A DNA stretch of 64,000 nt. It comes from a bacterium (GTDB lineage: Bacteria > Electryoneota > Electryoneia > Electryoneales > Electryoneaceae). Under the pieces are notes generated by a model. It did not search any database. It was not told where the DNA came from and saw only the letters and a program-made list of their open reading frames with translations. Both the position numbers and the translations under genes were made by a program. The stretch is taken from positions 3,456,001-3,520,000 of the forward strand of contig CAXXKJ010000002.1 of the NCBI GenBank assembly GCA_963675295.2. Direction: 5' to 3'. The stretch's first letter is position 1. Each line of letters opens with the position of its first letter. Of this stretch, positions 21,120-30,104 are shown in pieces.

Positions 21120-22511
21120 ATGTTCAGAACGCTACTAGTTACACTACTAATTACCTCCTTCCAAGTTACATACGCAGTAGATTCATGGTTTGAACACACA
21201 ATAATTGATAATATTTCTGCTGAGGGCTTATACACTTCTGATATTAACTCAGACGGCTTTATTGATATTATTACAGGATCTGATTCACTTATTGTTTGTA
21301 TAAATAACGGTGATAACACATTTAATACACATTATTTTAGCATTAATGAAGGCAATATTTACTTAATCACAAGTTTAGCAACTGCTGATTTAGATTCAGA
21401 CGGCGATTTAGACATTATTGTCGTTTCTGAGTATATAGAAGACACACTTATTTGGATGGAAAACACTGATAATGGATTTCTAAAACATAGTGTTGATAAC
21501 GATATGCAATATTATTATGTAACAGTTTATGATATTGATAACGATTATGACATGGATATTATTACGTTTGGTTCACAGAGTCATATTTGGTTTAATGACA
21601 ATGCAACATTTACTTCGTCATTAGTAGGTAACAATTTGGGTATTGCTTATGATGCCGATATCGATGATTATGACAATGATAGTGATCTAGATATAGTCGT
21701 CTTAACATTTGACAACATCATTATGTTTTCTAATACCGGAAACAATATCTACAATCAAGGTATTATTGATACTGCTGAACCTTTTCAAGGATTCTGGTCC
21801 ATAGAGTCAGGTAGAATTAATGATGATTTGAAGCCAGATATTGTCGTTTCATCTAATAGTGAGATAAAATGGTATGATGTATATCAAGATACAATATACT
21901 CAAATAACATTTATCAACTAAATAACTATGATGACATTAGCTTATCTATTATTGACATGGACTACGATGATGATAGTGATATTATATGCGCGTTTAAACT
22001 GTCAAATAAACTACTATGGTTAGAAAATACCAATGACAATTTATGGAGTACACATCTAATAGGGTTAAATGAGACTACACAAAATATATTTGGTTCATCT
22101 GTTAAAAGCGAACAGTTTGACGTTGATCCAGATGTGGAAGTTGTACTAGCACTTTCATCAAAAATAGTCTGGTATGATTACAATGATTATCCATTGATAA
22201 TTACTCCAATAGTAACAAATATACCACCTGCTGGTGGTTCTATTCTCTATTCTTTGTCTTTAGTTAATCCAACATTGACAGCTCAATTCGGAATAAACTA
22301 TTGGACATCTATTACACTTCCGAACGGTAACACTCTTAGCCCTATAGTGACTGCTACTTTTAATATAGGTCGATATAGAACAATTATTATTGATCAACTA
22401 TATCAAAATGTGCCCAGTTTTGCGCCAAGCGGAACATACGTTCATACTTCAAATGTTGGATACTATCCAGAAAGCCTCTTGAATGCAAGCTTTGAATTCA
22501 CAAAAAACTGA
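21120..22511 (+). CDS. Secreted FG-GAP/VCBS repeat protein with a shared C-terminal Ig-like domain; very AT-rich
   Basis: Repeated DxDxDGDxDI motifs with WxEN; signal peptide; abrupt GC drop relative to flanks. Confidence 0.85.
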   Translation: MFRTLLVTLLITSFQVTYAVDSWFEHTIIDNISAEGLYTSDINSDGFIDIITGSDSLIVCINNGDNTFNTHYFSINEGNIYLITSLATADLDSDGDLDIIVVSEYIEDTLIWMENTDNGFLKHSVDNDMQYYYVTVYDIDNDYDMDIITFGSQSHIWFNDNATFTSSLVGNNLGIAYDADIDDYDNDSDLDIVVLTFDNIIMFSNTGNNIYNQGIIDTAEPFQGFWSIESGRINDDLKPDIVVSSNSEIKWYDVYQDTIYSNNIYQLNNYDDISLSIIDMDYDDDSDIICAFKLSNKLLWLENTNDNLWSTHLIGLNETTQNIFGSSVKSEQFDVDPDVEVVLALSSKIVWYDYNDYPLIITPIVTNIPPAGGSILYSLSLVNPTLTAQFGINYWTSITLPNGNTLSPIVTATFNIGRYRTIIIDQLYQNVPSFAPSGTYVHTSNVGYYPESLLNASFEFTKN

Positions 22512-22535
22512 TTGACCTTGAATAGTTTTGTGAGA

Positions 22536-22567
22536 TAAAAATACCCACTATCTAGTGGGTATTTTTA
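22536..22567. terminator. Bidirectional terminator
   Basis: TAAAAATACCCACTA / TAGTGGGTATTTTTA perfect inverted repeat between convergent genes. Confidence 0.8.
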
Positions 22568-22596
22568 GATATCTGCTCACATGTAGTCGGAAATCC

Positions 22597-23661
22597 TCAC
22601 ACCCCCACCAACTCCTCTTTCAAATCGTACTGCTTGATGTAGTTCTCGAGCAGTTCGACTTCGTCCCGGTTGCCCATGAACAGCGGAACACGTTGGTGCA
22701 GTTCTTCGGGTTGGACGTCGAGGATATCCATGACGCCGTTGCTCGCGGCGCCGCCGGCCTGTTCGATGACGAAGGCCATCGGGTTGGCCTCGTACATCAG
22801 GCGCAGCTTGCCGTTCGGCTTCTTTTTCGTGCCCGGGTAGAGGAAGATGCCGCCGTACAGCAGGTTACGGTGGAAGTCGGCGACCATTGACCCGATGTAG
22901 CGGGACGACATTGGTTTTTCGAGCGTCTTGCCGTCGAACGAGGCAGCGCAATCGTCACCCTCAAGGCATTTGCAGCGTTCGATGTAGCGGCGCACACCTT
23001 CGGACCAGTCCCTGGTGTACGATTCGTTGACCGAGTAGATGCCGCATTTTTCCGGCAGCCGGATGTTCGAGTGGCTGAGGATGAAATTGCCGATGGACGG
23101 GTCGAGGGTGAAGCCGTGCACGCCGCGGCCGGAGGTGTAGACCATGACGGTGGACGACCCGTACAGGATGTAGCCGGCGGCGATCAGGTTGCGTCCCGGC
23201 TGGAGGAAATCTTCCAGCGCGCCGGGTTCGCCGGGCGGGGTGACGCGGCGGTAGATGGCGAAGATCGAGCCGATGGAGACGTTCGCGTCGATGTTGGACG
23301 ATCCGTCCAGCGGGTCGAGCAGCACGACGTACTTGCCGGAGTTGACGTACGTCGGTCCGCGCACGAGGTCTTCGGCCTCTTCGGATGCCATCGCGCAGAC
23401 GTGCCCGGAGTATTTCAGGATGTGCATGAACAGGTCGTCGGCGTACTGGTCGAGTTTCCGCACCTCTTCGCCCTGGACGTTGATATCACCGGTGAATCCG
23501 GTGATTTCGTCGACAAGTCCGGCTTTGTTCACCTCCCGGTGGATGATTTTGGCGGTGAGCACGATTTCAGACATCAGGGATGTAAACTCACCCGTCGCTT
23601 GCGGGTAGCGGCGTCCTTCAATCGAGATGTGCCGATTGATGGTGATAAACTCCTGCGCCAC
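22597..23661 (-). CDS. fbp: Class 1 fructose-1,6-bisphosphatase
   Basis: NVQGEEVRKLD, ASEE, DPLDGSSNIDANVSIGSIF, RYIGSMVADFHR, GKLRLMYEANP. Confidence 0.97.
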   Translation of the reverse strand: MAQEFITINRHISIEGRRYPQATGEFTSLMSEIVLTAKIIHREVNKAGLVDEITGFTGDINVQGEEVRKLDQYADDLFMHILKYSGHVCAMASEEAEDLVRGPTYVNSGKYVVLLDPLDGSSNIDANVSIGSIFAIYRRVTPPGEPGALEDFLQPGRNLIAAGYILYGSSTVMVYTSGRGVHGFTLDPSIGNFILSHSNIRLPEKCGIYSVNESYTRDWSEGVRRYIERCKCLEGDDCAASFDGKTLEKPMSSRYIGSMVADFHRNLLYGGIFLYPGTKKKPNGKLRLMYEANPMAFVIEQAGGAASNGVMDILDVQPEELHQRVPLFMGNRDEVELLENYIKQYDLKEELVGV

Positions 23662-23909
23662 GGGTACCTCCGGGTTCGGTGTTCCGATTGACGAGGGGGT
23701 GCAAAACGCGGAGAGCTACCCTTGTGGGGCAGCCCGGACGCGCCTTCAGATCCTGTTAGAAAAAAGGTACGCCAGCTTGTTCGAGGATTCAACCCGTTCG
23801 CGCAAGGCTAAGAATCTCCCGAACACCCGATGTACCAACAAGTAGCGCCGATTTGCAGCCCGGTCTCCGGGGAGCGAAATCGGCGTAAATTTCGAGCTCT
23901 CGCGCGCTG

Positions 23910-24836
23910 TCAGTCAACGTTCAACAGCGTTTCCGCGCCCTGTTTGATCAAATCTTCGGCGACCCGATCGGCCAACACCTTCGGGTCCTGGCCACCTTCG
24001 ATGCTGGAGAACGCTTCGGCCATCTCGCTGCCGTCCAGCGACATCACGCGCGCGTTCATCCGCATCCCTTCCTGACCATACCAGCGTGCAAGCGCGCCGA
24101 GGGCGGCGTGGCAGCCGGCGTTCAGGTTGCGCAGCAACGCGCGTTCCGCCATCAGGCATTGCCACGTGGCGTTGTGGTTCGTCGGTTCGAGCAAGGCGCG
24201 GGTCTGCTTGTCGTCCTCACGGATCTGGACGGCGACGATGGCCTGTTGCGCGGCGGGCAGGATCTGGTCGAGAGAGAAGACGTCGTCGATACGCCACGCG
24301 AGGCCGAGGCGTCGCACACCGACCCACGCGAGCAGGGTGGCGTCCACAGTGCCCTCGTCCACCTTGCGGATACGGGTCTCGACGTTGCCGCGAATGCTGG
24401 TCGTGTTCAGGTCGGGACGGATGCGTTTCAGCGAGGCCACGCGTCGCGGGCTGGACGTACCGATCAACGACCCTTCCGGCAGATCAGACAGGCGGATGTG
24501 GTCGCGGAGGATCAGGGCGTCGTTGACGACACCGCGTTCCGGGACGGCGGCGAGGTCGAGGCCGGGCGGGTTCGCGGCGGGCAGATCCTTGGCGCTGTGC
24601 ACGGCGAGGTCGACCTTGCCGGCGAGCAGTTCGGACTCGAGGTGCTTGACGAAGACGCCGGTTCCGCCCATCGCGGCGAGGGGCGTTTTGAGGTCCTTGT
24701 CGCCGGGTGCCTCGGCGATTACCAGCTCGACGGTGAGGTCCGGATGCGCCTTGAGGATCAGGTCACGCACGGTGTTCGCCTGCCACAGTGCGAGCGCGCT
24801 GCCGCGTGTGCCAAGGCTGAGGGTTTTATGGGCCAT
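23910..24836 (-). CDS. hemC: Hydroxymethylbilane synthase
   Basis: GTRGSALALWQA, DLAVHSAKDLP, GTSSPRR, IRGNVETR, AGC cofactor Cys. Confidence 0.96.
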   Translation of the reverse strand: MAHKTLSLGTRGSALALWQANTVRDLILKAHPDLTVELVIAEAPGDKDLKTPLAAMGGTGVFVKHLESELLAGKVDLAVHSAKDLPAANPPGLDLAAVPERGVVNDALILRDHIRLSDLPEGSLIGTSSPRRVASLKRIRPDLNTTSIRGNVETRIRKVDEGTVDATLLAWVGVRRLGLAWRIDDVFSLDQILPAAQQAIVAVQIREDDKQTRALLEPTNHNATWQCLMAERALLRNLNAGCHAALGALARWYGQEGMRMNARVMSLDGSEMAEAFSSIEGGQDPKVLADRVAEDLIKQGAETLLNVD

Positions 24837-24850
24837 GAAAACGGGTTCCG

Positions 24851-25519
24851 TTAACGGTTGAGCTCCGCCGCCCACGTTTGCCAGAGGTCGTGCGGCGGAT
24901 CCGCGGAATCCCAAGCTGCAAGTTCGGAGTCGCTAACCGCAAGGAAACGGTCGTACATCGCTTCGCGTTGGGAGAACTCGGACACGTGTTCCTTGACCCA
25001 GCGGCGGAACGTCGATCCCCAACGGACACGTGGCGCCCAGCGTTCGGCGAAGTCGTGCAGCTCGTGCTTCAGGTGCCGCGCGAGGAACGGCGCTTCGCCC
25101 TCGGTGGAGATGGACAGCTGCAACGGTTCGTCGCGGACCACGGCGGCGAAATAGACGGTGCACAACTCGGGAACGTCGACGATGTTGACGGGGATGCCGT
25201 CCGCCTGGCATTCGGCGGAGATGGCTTCGTTAGTCGCGGGGTCGTCCGTGGCGGCGATGACGAGGTTGAACGCGACTTTCTTCGGGTCGTGGTGACGGCG
25301 CAGGCGTGTGTCGCCGGTGCAGTAGAGGCGCTCGAGCAGACGCACGGAGCGGTGCTCCTTCGCCAGCGCGCGGATCTCGGGGTGGACATCCTGCGAGATG
25401 ATGGTGATGTGCGCGCCGACCTCACGCAGCTTGTGGACCTTGTGCAACGCGACCTCTCCCCCGCCGACGACGAGGGCGCGGATACGGTCACCACGGAAGA
25501 TGAGGGGTAGTGTGGACAT
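24851..25519 (-). CDS. Precorrin-2 dehydrogenase/sirohydrochlorin ferrochelatase (SirC/CysG N-terminal type)
   Basis: LVVGGGEVA, LVIAATDD, VNIVDVPELC, ISTEGEAP. Confidence 0.9.
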   Translation of the reverse strand: MSTLPLIFRGDRIRALVVGGGEVALHKVHKLREVGAHITIISQDVHPEIRALAKEHRSVRLLERLYCTGDTRLRRHHDPKKVAFNLVIAATDDPATNEAISAECQADGIPVNIVDVPELCTVYFAAVVRDEPLQLSISTEGEAPFLARHLKHELHDFAERWAPRVRWGSTFRRWVKEHVSEFSQREAMYDRFLAVSDSELAAWDSADPPHDLWQTWAAELNR

Positions 25520-25611
25520 GGCTGGGTCCGGTGGTTGACGGTTCAGGTGTGGAATGTACGGCGGGCAGGGTGTGTTCAGGTGCGCTCTGGGGGTTCGGTG
25601 ACTGGCCAGTA

Positions 25612-25711
25612 GTCATTCTGAACGAAGTGAAGAATCTCTCTATTGCAGTTCTACTATAAGTCAACGGAAAACGAGAGATCCTTCTCGTGCCAATGGCACG
25701 TCAGGGTGACA
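25612..25711. repeat. REP/REPIN-like palindromic element, GTCATTCTGA...TCAGG(A/G)TGAC family
   Basis: GTCATTCTGAACGAAGTGAAGAATCTC ... GAGATCCTTC...TCAGGGTGAC; related copies near 35404-35430 and 51422-51514. Confidence 0.75.
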
Positions 25712-25720
25712 ACCAAGGTG

Positions 25721-26935
25721 CTATCGCTTCGCTTCCAGTTCCGTCTGTGTCTTGCGGATGATTTCATCAACTTCAGCCTGCGTCTGAAGCACACCCCATG
25801 TTTGATCTCGCTCGCCTACGGGGACTTGATCGATGAGTCCCGGCTCAATATCACCATCAGGTTGTAATTCATCTACTTTTATATATCGGATAGCATCCGC
25901 ATATACAAAACCATCACTTTGGTTAATTATAGTTGTTCCCTGGACCCGCCCGTTTGTTATAGGCCAAGTACCTATGTAATCCCACATATTATAACCTCTA
26001 TTGGTGTGAAAAGAATTACTTTCATAAATTCCATAGGCGTGATAGGTTATAAATTGAAATCGCGGGGAAATAGAATTGTAGCCGGTATTGATATTCCACA
26101 CGTACATCTCATACAAACCTGGTTCAACAAGCTGATCCACACGCCAACCCGCGCGTCGCTCACCATATCCACGCGTATGATATAGCAAGGAACCACCTTT
26201 CGCGTCAGGGTGCTCAAAAGTCTGCCAATTGCCACTAATGATCACAAACTGCGGATCACTGTTGTCGATTTCGTAGACTGCTGAGAAAGGATGGACAAGC
26301 ATACGCCAAGCTGAGGTATCTGATGCCTGTGGGTCATATTCCCCGTTTGTAAACCCATCATCCATAAGAAACATGATGAAATCTACTGGTCCATGATAGA
26401 AAGGTTCTTCATACACGACTGCTCCATTCTCAATGAGTTCTCCATCTATTATCGGGGCGTATTCATGATCGCCAATAAATGTTAAGTATATATTGTCATC
26501 TTCAGGATCATCATACATGATGACGCAAAACCATTCTTCCCCAAACCGTACATTTGTCGGCGGATCAGCGATCAGCACAGGCGGGTCATTCACCTCGATC
26601 AGGTCAAGTTCGAAGGTCGACGAGTTGGACAGCTCACCGCCCGCGAGCACCATGAACTCGCCGGTCACATTCACGTCGTTGTTGAGATCCGGTATGAACG
26701 TAACCGTGCAGACACCCTCCACCACGGATATGTTCTGCACCGTTCCACCGACGACGTTGTACACATGGCAGTCGGTGGCAAGGTCGCCGTCATCATCGGT
26801 GTAGTTGAGGATCACTTCACCTTCGGTGTCTTCCCATGTCTGACCGAACGAAGGCGTGGCTACGGGTGGTGTGGCGAATGTGGTGAAGGCGAGTGCAAAC
26901 AGGCCGATGAGTGTGAGGCTGGCGATCCACTTCAT
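25721..26935 (-). CDS. Secreted protein with cadherin/Ig-like domains and a golvesin-like/CBM-like C-terminal domain (paralog A)
   Basis: Signal peptide MKWIASL; VNDPP and DPEDD Ig-like motifs; IDNSD...GNW...YADAIRY jelly-roll motif. Confidence 0.7.
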   Translation of the reverse strand: MKWIASLTLIGLFALAFTTFATPPVATPSFGQTWEDTEGEVILNYTDDDGDLATDCHVYNVVGGTVQNISVVEGVCTVTFIPDLNNDVNVTGEFMVLAGGELSNSSTFELDLIEVNDPPVLIADPPTNVRFGEEWFCVIMYDDPEDDNIYLTFIGDHEYAPIIDGELIENGAVVYEEPFYHGPVDFIMFLMDDGFTNGEYDPQASDTSAWRMLVHPFSAVYEIDNSDPQFVIISGNWQTFEHPDAKGGSLLYHTRGYGERRAGWRVDQLVEPGLYEMYVWNINTGYNSISPRFQFITYHAYGIYESNSFHTNRGYNMWDYIGTWPITNGRVQGTTIINQSDGFVYADAIRYIKVDELQPDGDIEPGLIDQVPVGERDQTWGVLQTQAEVDEIIRKTQTELEAKR

Positions 26936-27006
26936 GGTGATGTCCCCCTGGACGGTTGTCCTTGAATGGAGTGTAGCTTTGACTATCCGCCGTTTGCAAG
27001 AAATCG
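26936..27006 (-). promoter_or_regulatory. Duplicated upstream region with putative sigma70 promoter and RBS (second copy at 28215-28285)
   Basis: TTGCAA-N18-TACACT and GGGGGA RBS on the minus strand, conserved upstream of both paralogs. Confidence 0.55.
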
Positions 27007-27050
27007 TGATACCAGTTTGACAGCAACCCAAGCCACCGGAGCCTTGATTG

Positions 27051-28214
27051 TCACCTTGTATCCGTATCCGCCAGTGAATCAGGGTCGCAGTCTTCACAGG
27101 GGATGTCATCATACCAGGACGGGTCGTCAGCTGTCCCGTCTACGGGAGGCCATTCATTCACTTTGATATACCTGACTGCATCGGCATACACAATACCGCT
27201 CGGCCTGGCACGCAAGGTCACGCCTTGTGGAATGGTGTTATCAATGGGATATCTGCCTATAATCACCCATTGACCGTGTGGCAGCGGTTCAGAGTGAAGA
27301 CAATCTCCGTGAATACCAAGTGAATAATGGTGCTGATAACAAAATAACCGTGCCATCAGCTGATCATGACCAGTAGGGAATTGCCACGCATACATATCAT
27401 ACATGCCAGACTCCACGACTTGGTCAACACGCCAGCCAACCCTTGCCTGATCACCAGGCTGCGTATACATAAGCGAGCCGCCAATAGCCTCAGGTAAGTC
27501 ATACGTATTCCACCAGCCATTCATGACCATAAACTGCGGGTCAGAGTTATCAAATTCATAGTGGGTAATGTACGGCTGGATAATAACGGTAAACACCTGC
27601 TCTGCTGATTGCGGGTCAGGCTGGCCATTAGTCCAGCCATTGTCAGTGAATGTTATGGTGATTGCTACAGGTCCACGAAAGTTTTGAGACCATGTAAGCT
27701 GGTCTCCTTGATGAAAAACACCCTCAGCTTCAGGACCGAAGTAGTTATCACTAATAATCGTGTAGGTTAAGTCATCACCTTCAACATCCTCCACAACGGG
27801 ATGATAGACATAACTTGTACCATATTGGCCAGTCAATGGCGGCGCAGAAATGATAACCGGCGGATCATTCACCTCGATCAAGTCGAGTTCAAAGGTGGAG
27901 ATGTTGGACACTTCGCCGCCCGCCGTCACGGTGAAATTACCGGTCACATCTACATCGTTGTTCAGGTCGGGGGAGATGGTCACCGTGCACACACCACCCA
28001 CCACGGACGTTGATACCACCGTTCCGCCGACCACGTTGAACACGTCGCAATCAGTGGCAAGGTCGCCGTCGTCGTCCGTGTAGTTGAGGACCACTTCGCC
28101 TTCGGTGTCTTCCCACGTCTGACCGAACGAAGGTGTGGCTACGGGTGGTGTGGCGAATGTGGTGAAGGTAAGTGCAAGCAGGCCGAAGAGCGTGAGGCTG
28201 GCGATCCACTTCAT
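27051..28214 (-). CDS. Secreted protein, tandem paralog B of 25721-26935
   Basis: First ~118 aa highly similar to paralog A; FDNSD...YADAVRY. Confidence 0.72.
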   Translation of the reverse strand: MKWIASLTLFGLLALTFTTFATPPVATPSFGQTWEDTEGEVVLNYTDDDGDLATDCDVFNVVGGTVVSTSVVGGVCTVTISPDLNNDVDVTGNFTVTAGGEVSNISTFELDLIEVNDPPVIISAPPLTGQYGTSYVYHPVVEDVEGDDLTYTIISDNYFGPEAEGVFHQGDQLTWSQNFRGPVAITITFTDNGWTNGQPDPQSAEQVFTVIIQPYITHYEFDNSDPQFMVMNGWWNTYDLPEAIGGSLMYTQPGDQARVGWRVDQVVESGMYDMYAWQFPTGHDQLMARLFCYQHHYSLGIHGDCLHSEPLPHGQWVIIGRYPIDNTIPQGVTLRARPSGIVYADAVRYIKVNEWPPVDGTADDPSWYDDIPCEDCDPDSLADTDTR

Positions 28215-28404
28215 GGTGATGTCCCCCTGGACGGTTGTCCCTGCAAGGAGTGTAGTGTTGACTATCCGCCGTTTGCAAGAAATCGAGGCGGATTTGGCCG
28301 ATTCGCAACCAGTCCGGGGAGCAAGCTGCGGAACCTCTCGCGATTCGAACCAGCCAGCCAGATGCTCCCGACCAGCAAGCTGGTCGGGGCAGACACAAAT
28401 AACC

Positions 28405-28465
28405 GTCTACGAAAGGTCGGACTTGTGGGTGTAACGTGACCGTCGTATGCTGGAACACTGTGCAC
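28405..28465 (+). promoter_or_regulatory. Conserved 61-bp promoter element (copy 1)
   Basis: TTGTGG-N17-TATGCT; about 53/61 identical to 30019-30079. Confidence 0.6.
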
Positions 28466-28583
28466 GAGCGTGAATCGCTGGTGGCTGGTTGGCCAGGGAA
28501 GTCTTCGCTTCCCAAGTATCCACCGGTAGAAACCCGTGTCACAAGATGACCCGGGCCACCCGTCTGCGTGACGAGGAGGAACT

Positions 28584-29957
28584 ATGGTGAGGAAAACGGT
28601 AATTATATGCCTTGTTGTATTGACGCAGCTTGCCTGGTCGCAGAGTAATCCGCCGATTAATCTCCGTACGCATGTGCAACCCGGTGGTATTGTTACACTG
28701 AACTGGGATGAACCCTTCGATGGACTGTACGAAGATTTCGAGGACAGCATTGCGCAGGATTTCGAGTGGTTGACCCCCGGTGGCGGCAGTCTTGTCATTG
28801 AGAATGGTTACGCGGAACTGGAAGCTGGTATCGGGTTGGGTAACTGGGCATCTGGCGCATACATGCCAGCGGATTGTGCAGATTTGACCTGTGAGATCGA
28901 GTTGGAAAATGTACTCTGGGGTGCATCAAAGGGATTGCTGTTCCGTGGTGACGGCCCCAGAGACGATGATTTCAATGGTTACGGTTTTCTATTAGGAGGT
29001 TACCCTGGTATTCCGAAATTTCTCGTTGGAGTCTGGATTGACGGTAGCCCTTGGCATTTGATCTATTGGACAGATTCAGATGCGATCAATGACGGTCAGG
29101 GAGCAACGAATGTCTTGAAGGTCGTGGCGCAGGAATCAACGGCCGAATTTTACATCAATGACGTCTTAGTCGATACGGAGGAAGACCTTTACTTCACCAA
29201 TGGAAAGGTCGGTTTCATGCAGGCGGAAGCCGAGATTGTCCGCTACAACTGGATCACTTGCGCCGATACTGCCGCGCTGTTGGAGCGAAACGCTGAGATC
29301 GAGCGTAGCGAACCTGTGAACGAATGGCTGGATATCTCCGGTCAGCCAACCAATCAATCACCGGAATCATGGAGTTTCCAGAACAGAAAAGGAGAGATCC
29401 TTAGCTCCGCTCAGGCTGACAAAAGGTGGGACAACAATAGCCACGATCTGGACGAGTTCGTCGAATACCGCGTCTACCGGGACGAAATCCTTATTGGCAC
29501 GTCCACGACCGGAGAATACATTGACCAGCTCGACAATTACGGCGAATCTGAGTACCGTGTATCGGCGTATTTCGATCCCGAAGGCGAATCGCACCTCTCG
29601 GTCCCAGCGACGGCTCACTGGAACACACTTACGTTCACGCTGACACCGCAGTTCACGATGATCCCCGGCGATGGCGGCGAAGTTCTTTATGATGCGCAGT
29701 TGTTCAGTGAGCTGGACCTGTTGGTGCCGAACGTCTCCTACCAGACCTTCATTACCGATCCAGATGGTGTCGCTCACGGCCCCGCGATCTATCGTCACTT
29801 CACATTGCGGCCATTTGCCAACCACTGTTTCACCGGTTTGTCGCAGCCGATCCCAGATGATGCACAGGTTGGCCACTATGTTTTCACGGGCAAACTGTTC
29901 CATCGCGGAAACGTTGTTCTCGAGCAGTCGTTCCCGTTTACTAAGATGGGGCCGTAG
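28584..29957 (+). CDS. Secreted protein: DUF1080-like lectin fold + FN3-like domain + shared C-terminal domain
   Basis: Signal peptide; PINL..VTLNWDEP; N.LKV....FYIND.LV...GKVG; YRVYRD...YRVSAY..EGES. Confidence 0.7.
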   Translation: MVRKTVIICLVVLTQLAWSQSNPPINLRTHVQPGGIVTLNWDEPFDGLYEDFEDSIAQDFEWLTPGGGSLVIENGYAELEAGIGLGNWASGAYMPADCADLTCEIELENVLWGASKGLLFRGDGPRDDDFNGYGFLLGGYPGIPKFLVGVWIDGSPWHLIYWTDSDAINDGQGATNVLKVVAQESTAEFYINDVLVDTEEDLYFTNGKVGFMQAEAEIVRYNWITCADTAALLERNAEIERSEPVNEWLDISGQPTNQSPESWSFQNRKGEILSSAQADKRWDNNSHDLDEFVEYRVYRDEILIGTSTTGEYIDQLDNYGESEYRVSAYFDPEGESHLSVPATAHWNTLTFTLTPQFTMIPGDGGEVLYDAQLFSELDLLVPNVSYQTFITDPDGVAHGPAIYRHFTLRPFANHCFTGLSQPIPDDAQVGHYVFTGKLFHRGNVVLEQSFPFTKMGP

Positions 29958-29984
29958 GACAGTATAGTAGCGACAAAATATTGT

Positions 29985-30017
29985 AGCCCGGTACGTAGTG
30001 TGCCGGACTGTTTTTTT
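29985..30017 (+). terminator. Intrinsic terminator
   Basis: AGCCCGGTAC / GTGCCGGACT imperfect stem followed by TTTTTTT. Confidence 0.6.
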
Positions 30018-30018
30018 G

Positions 30019-30079
30019 GTCTACGAATGGTCGGACTTGTGCGTGTAATGTGACTGTTGTATGCTGGGGCACTGTACAC
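30019..30079 (+). promoter_or_regulatory. Conserved 61-bp promoter element (copy 2)
   Basis: TTGTGC-N17-TATGCT; repeat of 28405-28465. Confidence 0.6.
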
Positions 30080-30104
30080 ACACGCAAATCACAGGTAGAT
30101 AACT

